A stretch of DNA of 60,471 nucleotides, filler included. It is 7 parts of 7 records of this genome, joined end to end, with 100 filler letters (N's around TTAATTAATTAA, not from the genome) between each part and the next. Parts side by side here need not be neighbours in the genome. Positions count along the whole stretch, not along the records: positions 1 to 6,136 come from SRR31147125_8687; positions 6,237 to 23,976 come from SRR31147125_8698; 5 more parts are not named here. One strand, given 5' to 3'. This document shows, one piece after another, positions 1-10,224 of the stretch. A model generated the notes under the pieces. It was given only the letters and a program-made list of their open reading frames with translations. It had not been told where the DNA came from and did not search any database. A program made the position numbers and the translations under genes. Within the stretch, counting starts at the first letter, position 1; the number at the start of each line of letters is the position of its first letter.

Positions 1-68
1 TTTTTTGCCCAAACAAATTGAGTAACTAACGGGGATAGTATTGCAAGGCAAATTAGTTTTGTTTTCAT
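1..68 (-). CDS. 5' start of a gene running off the window (probable signal peptide)
   Basis: ATG 3 nt after the GH92 stop; reads MKTKLI..., with a signal-like LAILSPLVTQFVWAK in an adjacent frame. Confidence 0.3.
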   Translation of the reverse strand, partial: MKTKLICLAILSPLVTQFVWAK

Positions 69-71
69 CTT

Positions 72-2356
72 TTAATTTATTGGTTTGTTAGTCATTTCAA
101 GTTCCAATATTCCGCCACTCACAATCTCGTTATGAGTTATCCAATAGCGTTTCAAAGGTTTCCCGTTCAATTTCATTGATTTGATGTAGATATTCTCTTT
201 GGAATTGTTTTGAGCAATAATTGAGAATGTATCTCCAGAATAATACTTTGGATCCAACTGAATGTCGACCCGATTAAAAACTGGACTTGTTATTTCGTAC
301 TTATTATTGCCAGGGCATACCGGATGAATACCCATAGCAGCGAGAACATAAAAAGCCGACATCTGTCCAACATCTTCATTTCCGCACAAACCAAAAGCAT
401 CAATTCCGTATGCCTTTTCACATATTTCACGAGTCCATTTCTGAGTTTCAGATGGTAGACCAAGCTCATTAAATAAGAATGGGACATGATGAACAGGCTC
501 ATTAGCATGATTATAATAATCGTTCCATAAAAGTCACGGGGTGTATTGGAAAAGAAATTTAACAGCTCCTTCCTAAATTCTGCTTTTCCACCCATTAATT
601 CCATAAGTCCCTTAATATCATGTGGAACAAACCAAGCTTGCTGATATGGATTACTTTCAGTACACCCTTGTCCATGAACGGTTTTACCCTGCCAAGACAT
701 CCAGTTTCCATTTGCATCTTTAGCACGAAACCAATTTACATCTGCATTCCATATCTGCTTATAATTCTTACTTCTTCGATAATATTCGCAGGCAAGTTTT
801 TCCTTATTAAGTGACTCTGCAAAACGTCCCAAGCACCAATCAGTATATGCATACTCCAGTGTATGTGAAATACTGTTTGCAGTGTATCCCAACGGTTCGT
901 TACCAAATTGATCAACACTGTTTTTCGCAAATTGAAATGCTTTCTCTATATCGTAATTCCGAATACCTTTTTCATAAGCATCAACAACCACTGAAACTGC
1001 CGGATTTCCTAGCATACAACCTGAAAAAGCATTGAGCAGTTCCCAACGTGGAAAATAATTATGACCACTCGATTCAGCTAATTGGATCAATGAGTTAATT
1101 TCATCATTTACCAAGGAAGGATTAATAATAGTTTGAAGGGGAAACTGAGAACGAAAAACATCCCACCCACTAAAAATTGTTCGATATGTATAATCATTGG
1201 CTAAATGAGTCTGTTTATCAGCTCCAATATATTCCCCATTTACATCGGAACATGCACGAGGATCGATCATGGAATGATACAAGGCCGTATAGAATTTGAT
1301 TTTGTCTGCTTCAGTCCCCCCATAAACTTTTACCTTTTCAATAGCATTTCGCCACAAATTTCTCGTATCAATTACCACCTGGTCAAAGTCCCATCCAGGA
1401 ATATCATGTTCCAGGTTTTCTTTAGCTCCGTTTACACTCACAAATGAGATTCCACTTTTAACTATAATTTCCTGACCTTCATACGTGTTATAATTTGCAT
1501 AAAAACCAAGATGTTTGCCTTGCATTTCTTTCTGAAGAGGATACAGTTGAGCATTTGAAACAAGTTCCTGATATTTTGAACTCTGAACCTCTTCATTTTT
1601 ACGAACCCAATCGTCTGGTATTTCTGCACTCCAAACACCAAAGTTTTCCAGTGGTTCACTAAATTGACAGTAGAAATAGACCGTATAATCAACCTTTCCG
1701 TCTCCATTCCCCCAACCACCTCCTTCAGGAGGACACTTCATCCATCCCTGAATGGTATAATCATCAACAAGTTCAACAAATTGCTCGGTAGAAGTTCCAC
1801 CACGCCTTCGAGCCAAATCAATCTGAATATGGGATTCCTTATTTTCAGGAAAAGTAAACCTTAAGATACCTGCCCTTGGTTCAGCTGTTACTTCAACCCG
1901 TATATTATAATCAGTTAGATTAACCGCATAATACCCAGCTTCAATTTCTTCTCCATCGTGATTAAAACGTGAGCGATATCCATTTTCAGGATCATCATCA
2001 TCACCTTTATTAGTATGAACTTTACCTGTAGTCGGCATCACTAGAAAATTTCCAAGGTCACCGTACCACCCAACTCCACTCATTGATGTAAAACAGAAAC
2101 CTTCAATGGTTTTATGGTTGTACCCATATCCGCTTTCATCTCCACGTGTTCTGGTGACCGGACTTGGCTGAACCAAGCCAAAAGGAGTAGCAGCTCCTGG
2201 AAAAGTTTTACCAAATCCATGTATGTCGTCAGTTTGCTCAGTATATTTTACCGCACCTATTACTGGATGGATATAATCCACATTCTCATTATTCTGAGGA
2301 TTAGAACAAGCAAATATTAATAGAGTAATGACACTGAATAGAGATATTAGCTTCAT
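72..2356 (-). CDS. GH92 alpha-mannosidase lipoprotein, split by a 1-nt frameshift at ~529-532
   Basis: Lipobox IFAC; GKTFPGAATPFGLVQPSP, FSGWDVFRS, ESNPYQQ; adding one T gives LWNDYYNHANEPVHHVPFLF, which joins ORF 72..389 (CGNEDVGQMSAFYV). Confidence 0.92.
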
Positions 2357-2383
2357 GATGCTTACATAAAATCTTTTATTGGT

Positions 2384-3487
2384 CTATTTCAGATATACAG
2401 TTTTCCCAGTTTTTGCAGACAGTCGAGCTGCATCCAAGATTTCAACAACCCTCACATTGTTTTCTAATGAATACAAGCCAAATGGCTCAACCTTAATTTT
2501 TCCATTAATTATATCATAGAAATAAGAAAACGGATCCTGATATACAGCTATATTGTCAGCAGTTATTGTCTCTTGTTTTTCAAACTGCATTCCTTGTGTC
2601 CGAATTCTCATTGCTTTATCATTATCTGCCTTGATATAGCCTATAGCACCATAAATTTCCATATCCTTACGATTGAAAGGCCAATTCCATGAAGCCTGAA
2701 TAATACACTGACAATCAGGGTAGGATATAATTATTGTTGCTTCATCATCAACATCAGGATAAACATCAGGTTTAAACTGGCGAGTAACTGAAGTAACAGA
2801 AATAGGTTTTTCTCCTTTGGTCAACTTTGTCATTAAATTAGCACCATAACACCCAAAGTCTACAATAGCACCACCACCATTCAATACAGAATCTGTCAGC
2901 CAGTCCAGAAAAAATTTATCACATCCAATCTCTTTGGGGCCACGGTGACCATCATGGATTACCACTTTACGAAGCTTACCAACAAAATTTCCGTCCTGCA
3001 CCATTTCCATTGATTTTGCTGTTGTTGGATACCACGATGTTTCATAATTGGTTAAAAGATGAATGTTATTTTCCTTTGCCAGCTTCTGCATTCTCAAGGC
3101 ATGATCCATGTTAACTGCCAACGGTTTTTCCACCATAACATCAATACCACGAGATGCACAAGCTTCCACTACTGCCAAATGATCATAAACCGAACCAAAA
3201 GCGACAACTGCATCAGGTTTTACTTTATCTAACATCTCATTCAAATCATCATAAACCAACTCTGGATCAAGCACATATTTACGAATAACTTTTGTTTTCA
3301 ATTCCAGTTTAGATTCGAAAATACCTACCACATTAAAATCACCTTTATCTGGCCGATCCAAGATAAATGCAAGATGTCCATGAGACATACCGGCCACTGC
3401 CAAACGTATTGGTTTTTGCGCAGAAGCATTGAAGAATGTAAATACAAAAAGATAAGTAATCAGAGTATAAAGACCATTTTTCTTCAT
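2384..3487 (-). CDS. Gfo/Idh/MocA family oxidoreductase with signal peptide
   Basis: IRLAVAG, VMVEKPLA and GGGAIVDFGCYG motifs; N-terminal signal ending ASA-Q. Confidence 0.9.
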   Translation of the reverse strand: MKKNGLYTLITYLFVFTFFNASAQKPIRLAVAGMSHGHLAFILDRPDKGDFNVVGIFESKLELKTKVIRKYVLDPELVYDDLNEMLDKVKPDAVVAFGSVYDHLAVVEACASRGIDVMVEKPLAVNMDHALRMQKLAKENNIHLLTNYETSWYPTTAKSMEMVQDGNFVGKLRKVVIHDGHRGPKEIGCDKFFLDWLTDSVLNGGGAIVDFGCYGANLMTKLTKGEKPISVTSVTRQFKPDVYPDVDDEATIIISYPDCQCIIQASWNWPFNRKDMEIYGAIGYIKADNDKAMRIRTQGMQFEKQETITADNIAVYQDPFSYFYDIINGKIKVEPFGLYSLENNVRVVEILDAARLSAKTGKTVYLK

Positions 3488-3522
3488 AACAAATTCATTG
3501 TTTTTCAATTCTTCAATTAGAG

Positions 3523-5784
3523 CTATTTCGTTACTAAATTCTCAAAATTGCTATTGGGTGTTGCTCCCATCACAAATTTGATTACACCACCTTTCATTAT
3601 ATCCTGATGAGTTATGGAGTTCTTTAAATATGGTTCTCCATTTAAATTAACCGACTGGATATATATATTCTCATCGCTGTTATTTTCTGCTTCAACCACA
3701 AATCGCTTCCCTCCTTCGAGCTGAATTTCGGCCTTATCAACTAAAGGACTGCCAAACACATATTCACAGGAAGCCGGAAAGACAGGATAGAATCCAAGCG
3801 ATGAAAAAACATACCATGCTGACATTTGCCCACAGTCCTCATTTCCAATTACCCCATTTGGATCATCATGGTAAAACTCTTTCATAATATACCTGACTTT
3901 TTCAGCTGTTTTCCATTGCTGACCAGTGTAACTATATAGATATGCAATATGGTGACTTGGCTCATTACCGTGTGCATACTGACCAATAAGCCCTGTCAGG
4001 TCAACCAAAACCTCGGATTCTTCTTGAGGTTTAAGCACAAAGAAACTGTCCAGCCTGGCATTGAAAGTATCTTCTCCTCCCAACAATTCAACCAAACCGG
4101 GAACGTCTTGTGGAACCAACCATAAGTATTGCCAAGCATTCCCTTCTGCATAATCTGTTGCCTGATTGTGTTTTGATTTTAAAGCGTCAAATGGCCTGTT
4201 CCAAGTTCCATCTTTTTTTATTCCATGAAAAAAACCAACTGCTTCTTCATAAAACAATTTGTAATTTTTTGCTCGTTTAGTAAAGTATTTATAGTCTTCA
4301 GTTTTTCCCATTTCTTTAGCCATCAAAGCAATACTCCCATCGGAAATTGACAACTCTAAAGCCTGAGCGACAGCTCGATGTACATTTTCATCATCTGAAG
4401 GGATTGGCTTAAACTCACGTAAATAATTAAGCCCTCTCAAATCAGAATTGGATGTTTTCACAACAGCTTCATACGCTTTTTCCACATCAAAATCTCTAAA
4501 CCCTTTTAAATAAGCCTCTGCTATCACCTGAATACTACTAATACCAACCATTGTTCCTGTTTCGTATCCATTTAGATGCCAGATAGGTAAATATCCTTGC
4601 TGATCATAAATCGCAAGCATCGAGTTAATGAAATCACCCATCCTATCAGCTTGAGTAATTGTAAATAAGGGGTGCTCTGCACGGTATGTATCCCACAATG
4701 AGAATATGGTATAATTACTAAAGCCTGCTGTTTTATAAATCTGATTATCAGTTCCTCGATAGTCTCCATTGCTATCATTGAATAATGAAGGATGCATAAA
4801 TGAATGATACATTGAGGTATAGAAAATCTTCTTATCTGATTCATTATTAGTCTCAACTGTTATTTTCTTCAGTTCACTATTCCATTTCTCACGGGCTAAT
4901 TTTACAATTTTATTAAACTCCCAATCCGGTATTTCTGCATTAATGTTTCCTAAAGCATTGGATTCACTAACTGGTGAAATACCAATCTTTAGTTCTACTT
5001 TCTCAGGAATATCATCAAAGCTAATCAAGCCCTTTATATTTTTACCACTTGCCTTTTGTCCCTCAATCGGCAAATCTCCTTCATATAAGCTTAAATCATT
5101 TAGTGGCACTGAACTTCGAATAGCAAAAACTTGCTGTTCTTTTGCCCATCCGGAAGAAAACCGTCTACCAAACAATGTATAGTTATCAATCTTTATTAAG
5201 GAAGTCTCTGTGGATTGATCATTAATTCCCTCTTTCAAATCAATAATAATATGTGCGTCTTCTTTTTTTGGAAAAAAATAACGATGGTACCCAACACGTT
5301 CTGATGCAGTTAATTCAACATGAACCCCGTTATCAAGGGTTACCGAATAATAGCCAGGTTTTACAACTTCATTTTCATGACTGAATGTTGAAAGATATCC
5401 TCCGTGTGGATATTGCTGCTTTCCTTTATCTAACCTTGGTTCTCCTGTATATGGCATAATTAAAATATCTGCCAAATCTCCAATTCCTGTTCCACTAAGG
5501 TGAAGTTGAGAAAACCCAATAATTAAACTATCAGAATAATGATAACCGGAGCACCAATCCCACCCTTTGTAGATATTGTTTGGACCAATTTGTACTGCTC
5601 CAAAAGGCACATTCGCACCAACAAAAACATGTCCGTGCCCACCAGATCCAATGAACGGATCAACGTAATCGACTGGTTGTTTTACAGATTGTTTGGGAAC
5701 TTGAGTACAACTCCCAAACAATAGTACTGACAAAACAACAAGTGTTATAATTCTATAATTTTTCAAAGAATGAGATTGATTCAT
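3523..5784 (-). CDS. GH92 alpha-1,2-mannosidase lipoprotein
   Basis: Lipobox FGSC; YVDPFIGSGGHGHVF, FSLWDTYRA, EGNAWQY, QYAHGNEPSHH, GNEDCGQMSAWY. Confidence 0.95.
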   Translation of the reverse strand: MNQSHSLKNYRIITLVVLSVLLFGSCTQVPKQSVKQPVDYVDPFIGSGGHGHVFVGANVPFGAVQIGPNNIYKGWDWCSGYHYSDSLIIGFSQLHLSGTGIGDLADILIMPYTGEPRLDKGKQQYPHGGYLSTFSHENEVVKPGYYSVTLDNGVHVELTASERVGYHRYFFPKKEDAHIIIDLKEGINDQSTETSLIKIDNYTLFGRRFSSGWAKEQQVFAIRSSVPLNDLSLYEGDLPIEGQKASGKNIKGLISFDDIPEKVELKIGISPVSESNALGNINAEIPDWEFNKIVKLAREKWNSELKKITVETNNESDKKIFYTSMYHSFMHPSLFNDSNGDYRGTDNQIYKTAGFSNYTIFSLWDTYRAEHPLFTITQADRMGDFINSMLAIYDQQGYLPIWHLNGYETGTMVGISSIQVIAEAYLKGFRDFDVEKAYEAVVKTSNSDLRGLNYLREFKPIPSDDENVHRAVAQALELSISDGSIALMAKEMGKTEDYKYFTKRAKNYKLFYEEAVGFFHGIKKDGTWNRPFDALKSKHNQATDYAEGNAWQYLWLVPQDVPGLVELLGGEDTFNARLDSFFVLKPQEESEVLVDLTGLIGQYAHGNEPSHHIAYLYSYTGQQWKTAEKVRYIMKEFYHDDPNGVIGNEDCGQMSAWYVFSSLGFYPVFPASCEYVFGSPLVDKAEIQLEGGKRFVVEAENNSDENIYIQSVNLNGEPYLKNSITHQDIMKGGVIKFVMGATPNSNFENLVTK

Positions 5785-5837
5785 ATTCGGTTTAAGCTTA
5801 AATTCTTTTGTTTTATTTTTATTCTTAGATTAACAGA

Positions 5838-6136
5838 CTATTTTGTTTGAATCACCTTTTGAATAGTACCATCAGCATTGAAATATAATTTATCAACACA
5901 AATTGAACGCAAGTTCCCTTGGTTTGATAAGGACATATTATGGTAAAATGCATACCATTGACCTTTATATTCAACCACTGAACCATGACTGGTGTCACAT
6001 CCGGTTGGGTCAAGATAAATCTCCTGGCTTTTCCATGGTCCAAATGGCTTTGAGCTTGTTGCATATCGAAGCCTGTTAGCCCCTTGTTTATTGTCAGAAT
6101 AAGTTAAATAGTAGATTCCATTTCTTTTAAAAACCC
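5838..6136 (-). CDS. GH43 family glycoside hydrolase, C-terminal fragment (not in the ORF track)
   Basis: Manual translation: VFKRNGIYYLTYSDN...RLRYATSSKPFGPW...DTSHGSVVEYKGQWYAFYHN...RSICVDKLYFNADGTIQKVIQTK*; truncated by contig end. Confidence 0.85.
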
Positions 6137-6236
6137 NNNNNNNNNNNNNNNNNNNNNNNNNNNNNNNNNNNNNNNNNNNNTTAATTAATTAANNNNNNNN
6201 NNNNNNNNNNNNNNNNNNNNNNNNNNNNNNNNNNNN
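6137..6236. other. Artificial contig spacer
   Basis: N44-TTAATTAATTAA-N44; stops in all six frames. Confidence 0.99.
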
Positions 6237-7461
6237 GTGATTCCGCCTTTGGCGATGATGAATTTAGGTTTGATAGTCAGGTTTTGGACAATTGAAGATA
6301 CCGCATCTGAGATGTGTACAGAGACGGCGAGGATTTCGTCTTTACTCATATTATCAGGTAGCTCTATCTTCTTTCTGCTGGTATAGATCACTGTTGTACG
6401 TGAGTTTGAGATGGAATTAATGCATTTAGATAGAATTTCATCTGCCCTGCGCTGTAGTTCTTTACTCTCCTGTGCGCAGGAAATGTCAAACTCATAGGTA
6501 TCGATTGATTCAAGTCGGAGTAGGGATTCGAGCTGCCGGGTAGTCTTGTTGACATGCGAACCGACAATAATAAGGCGCCGTTTTTGTCCTCAATATCAGC
6601 AACATCTTTTTTTGTCAGGAGTGGAATATCCTTTACCTGCATGATTACTTTTGGAAATGAAGCGGAAGATCTGAAGATGAACTTTTTGCCAGCTTTATAG
6701 GCTCGTATCAGTGCAATACTGAAAACATCTATATCGCAGTAGTCAATTGCGTTGACCACGAATTTACTCTCTGCTGGTGCATCAAGAATGAGTTTGAGTA
6801 TTCCGGTAGTATCCTTATTGCGCAGCATCTCCAGTGTGATAAAGATAACTGCATCTTTTTTATATTTGCCCTCAGACTTCTCTTCGATCCATTCTCCCAT
6901 GTGTGAACTGGTGTAACCAAAGCTTTTATCTTTGGCGAATTCTGTCTGAGCGCAGGGGATATACTTCTTGCCATCGCCGACATAATGAGTATTGTCAAAG
7001 GTCAGTCGTGCACCTTCCTTGAAGAAAGGTATCAGTATCTCACCATCGGGTTTGTAGCCATAGTGGATGAGAGTTTCGGTGATTATGTTGGTCTCAAGCG
7101 GGTAATGACCTCGCATTGTCGAGTCACTGCGGGAGATTATCATGAATTCCCGACCAAGTTTTTCAGCAACAGTCACGATTGTTCCTATCAGCTTATGGTG
7201 AAAATTGATTGTCTCATGCTTTGAAAAGGCTCGGGAATTGGTCAGTATATAAAATCCGGTATTGCCGTCATTGAAAGCTGCTTCTATCGTCTCTGCATCA
7301 TATGTGGTATAGACATAAAGGTCATTGACTGTCTGGATACCAGTGGGGTCGTCATCCAGCACGACAATTTTAGGGGTGAAGGAGGTGAACTCTGTTTTTA
7401 GTTCATCACTGACATCAACAACATCATATTTATCAAGATACTCTGCGCTTATTATACTCAT
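6237..7461 (-). CDS. Four-carbon acid sugar kinase family protein (DUF1537/YgbK), frameshift at ~6575, 3' truncated
   Basis: VVLDDDPTGIQTV, LTNSR, RSDSTMRGHYPLE; shifted frame continues LIIVGSHVNKTT...VIYTSR...IAKGGI. Confidence 0.9.
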
Positions 7462-7867
7462 AATTATTCTTTCTGATTATTTTTGTTATATATTATTATA
7501 GCACTATGAGCTTGATTGCCCAGACCCTTTTTAGCAGTTCTGTCGTAGAAGTTGTGACTGTCTGGTGAGTGGGGCGTTGCAGGATGTGTCAGCCAGTTTG
7601 TAAAATATTTTGAGCATTGCCAGTCCATTGCTCCTGTATCTAAAATTCAACCTGCATATGTTATCCTTTATAGTATATACTAAACTGGTTCATGTGATAT
7701 CTTAGGCAACTAATAATTGCTTTTTTCTGGTTTTGATCTATAATCAGATAGCTGGATACTTGTAGCTTGTGCAATTAAGCAGAGCTACAGCTGCAGGGTT
7801 GAATTATATAATATCGTTGATATCAGGGTTTATGAATAATGAATTATTTTTACAGTAAACAAAGGGG

Positions 7868-8377
7868 TTGTTGATGATAGCTATTGTTTTTCGAGTATTA
7901 TTTCGCTTGATGTCATACTCTATAGTTGCTGTGAATTTATTGACCTTTGGAATATTTCTTTATGTGATTGCACCTTACACTGCTTACTTCTTTTTCAATG
8001 ATGTGCGATTCTGGAAATATGTCAAGCATTTTCATAAGTATTACTTTTACTCATTATCTTACTTGTTGATCAGCTTATTGCGAAAAAGGGAGATTCTTCC
8101 AGCACTTCTCCCTCTGACGTCTCCACCCATGAACCAGCCCGACCCTGCCAGGTTTAGAATATCATCCAGCTGGTCGCATCCGGTTGATTCATGCGGTACA
8201 TGTACCAGTTGTTGTACATTTGTTGTGACCTGTTGTTTTCTTGATATGACAAATAACAGCTGTCTGTGTTATGGTAGTCTTTTTTGGCGATATTTCAATT
8301 GCGGTAGATTTCCGTCTTCTCAGCAGTTGCTTGAGACTTGTGGTTGTCAGAAATTCGAGGTCATTGAAGAGGACTGA
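7868..8377 (+). CDS. Membrane protein with a C-terminal CxxCxxCC (YkgJ-like) cysteine cluster
   Basis: Hydrophobic N-terminus; CGTCTSCC-x5-CC...CLCY...CGRFP...CGC. Confidence 0.65.
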   Translation: MLMIAIVFRVLFRLMSYSIVAVNLLTFGIFLYVIAPYTAYFFFNDVRFWKYVKHFHKYYFYSLSYLLISLLRKREILPALLPLTSPPMNQPDPARFRISSSWSHPVDSCGTCTSCCTFVVTCCFLDMTNNSCLCYGSLFWRYFNCGRFPSSQQLLETCGCQKFEVIEED

Positions 8378-8428
8378 ACCAAGAAAGCTTTATTAACCTG
8401 ATCATCTAAAAATTTTGAACGAGGCTCT

Positions 8429-9321
8429 ATGGATAACACATTACTCAACCTTCTTGAAAGAATCATCACTGCCATTACTCACGGGGATTATTCCCAAGGT
8501 GAAAGACTTGATCATCTGTTGGAAAGTGAAGACTTGAAACAGGAAGAGAGCCGGGTTGTAGAATCCCTTGGACTGATGTCTATCAAGTTGGAGGCACGAG
8601 AGTTTGCCCTGGAAAAATCTATACATGATTTGGAAGAGAAAAATGCAAAGTTGCAGGAAGAGAAGAAAAAAATTCTTTATTTTCGACAATTTTTGTCACT
8701 TTATTCTTATCTGTTGCTCTCTATGTCTTTCTGATATTCTTGATGGATAAGCTTGATTATCTGAATGAAGACTCGGCAAGATTTGTAGAAGTTATCTTTT
8801 TAGTTGTATGTATTATTATCATCAGAAAGAGCGCTTTCTCTTTTTCCTCGTTTGGTGTGACCTTCAAATGGGCTATTGAATCCATCTACCTTATGCTGCC
8901 AAGCACTATTGGAGTATGCATCGCCCTCATAGGGCTAAAAGGTTTGTTACTGGGGTTTGGAATTTTGGGTTTGAAAGGTGAATTTTTTATTGTTGATAAC
9001 TTTGATTTGCAGTTCGTTGTTTACTTACCAGTAGCCATTGTGCAGGAATTTTTAGCCAGAGGCGTTATTCAGACAGCGCTTAAATCTGTTCTTGCAGGTC
9101 AGAAAGCCTCATTCTGGGCTATTCTCACCGCTTCGGTCTTGTTTGGGCTGGTGCACATTCAGCTATCAGTTAGCATTGCCTTTGCATCCTTTGTGTGTGG
9201 ACTATACTGGGGGTGGCTTTATAACCGGAGAAGATGTCTTGTGGGTGTGAGTCTATCACATTTTTTGATTGGTAATACAGCTTATGTCCTGGGCTTTTGG
9301 GATTACCTTCATATTATTTAA
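8429..9321 (+). CDS. CPBP (CAAX/Abi) intramembrane metalloprotease with N-terminal soluble helical domain; frameshift at A7 8666-8672
   Basis: One extra A joins the two ORFs through NSLFSTIFVTLFLSVALYVFLIFLMDK; motifs QEFLARG, FGLVH, SHFLIG. Confidence 0.8.
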
Positions 9322-9333
9322 GGAAGAGATATC

Positions 9334-10089
9334 ATGAGCCGGATCCTCGCCTTCTCAGACCTGAAACAGCTTTTGCTGTCATTAGCAATCTGGTCTTCCA
9401 CCATATTTCTGACACTGACGCTATTTTTGCTTATGTTGCTGGTAACAGCGGTGACCTTTCCTTTTGACAGAAAACGGAAGCTTCAGCACTCTTTATGCTT
9501 CTTCTGGTCGGATGCACTTATAAAAATTAACCCGTATTGGCGTGTTGTAGTTAATGGAGGTGAATATGTTGATCGCAAACGCACCTATGTCATGGTTGCT
9601 AACCATCAATCCCTTTTGGATATCGTCGTTTTGTTTCAGCTGAGAATGCAGTTCAAATGGATAGCGAAGGATTCACTCTTTCGTGTCCCTGTCCTCGGCT
9701 GGTGCTTATCACTTGCCAGACATGTTTGTCTAAAGCGTGGAAGCCTTTCAAGTATTCGTAGTGCTGATCAACAAGCTTCCGGTTGGATTGATACAGGTAT
9801 GTCGATGATGTATTTTCCAGAAGGAACTCGTAGCAATACCGGAAAACTCCAGAAGTTTCACAATGGTGCATTCAAGATGGCGCTTAAAAAGAAGGTGCAA
9901 ATTCTGCCTGTTGCTATTCAGGGAACAGCGGCAGCCATGCCGAAGAATAAATTATTCTTTAATTCAGGAGGTGTCATCAGTATCAGAGTTCTTCCTGCTC
10001 TTGAGCCGGAAGATTTCACTTTGAATGGTATGGAGTGTCTTAAAAACTCTGCCAGAGATAAAATTTTTCAGGCACTCTCTAAAGGCTGA
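9334..10089 (+). CDS. Lysophospholipid acyltransferase (PlsC-like)
   Basis: NHQSLLD and FPEGTRS motifs; N-terminal TM segment. Confidence 0.92.
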   Translation: MSRILAFSDLKQLLLSLAIWSSTIFLTLTLFLLMLLVTAVTFPFDRKRKLQHSLCFFWSDALIKINPYWRVVVNGGEYVDRKRTYVMVANHQSLLDIVVLFQLRMQFKWIAKDSLFRVPVLGWCLSLARHVCLKRGSLSSIRSADQQASGWIDTGMSMMYFPEGTRSNTGKLQKFHNGAFKMALKKKVQILPVAIQGTAAAMPKNKLFFNSGGVISIRVLPALEPEDFTLNGMECLKNSARDKIFQALSKG

Positions 10090-10224
10090 TTCTGTAAAAC
10101 CTGTAAATTGGGGGTGTAAGATACTCCCAACTTATAATAATCAAGGATGAAAACCTTGAATCATCATCTTGGACACCAAACTGATATCACTGTAAAGTCA
10201 GTCCTTCAGAGGTTGGGGGGATCA

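Noticed and set aside
5852-6064. 70-aa minus-strand ORF in the track
   Set aside because: Wrong frame; the real coding frame is the GH43 fragment ending at 5838
6181-6192. TTAATTAATTAA recurring six times as a possible biological repeat
   Set aside because: Always centred in 100-nt N spacers; an artificial six-frame stop linker
8666-8672. Programmed frameshift or phase variation at the A7 run in the CPBP gene
   Set aside because: The same kind of indel occurs in unrelated contigs and essential genes; sequencing error is simpler
10090-10224. Hairpins between the acyltransferase and FabX-like genes as an ncRNA or SECIS element
   Set aside because: Short stems consistent with convergent termination; no in-frame UGA read-through context or known RNA motif
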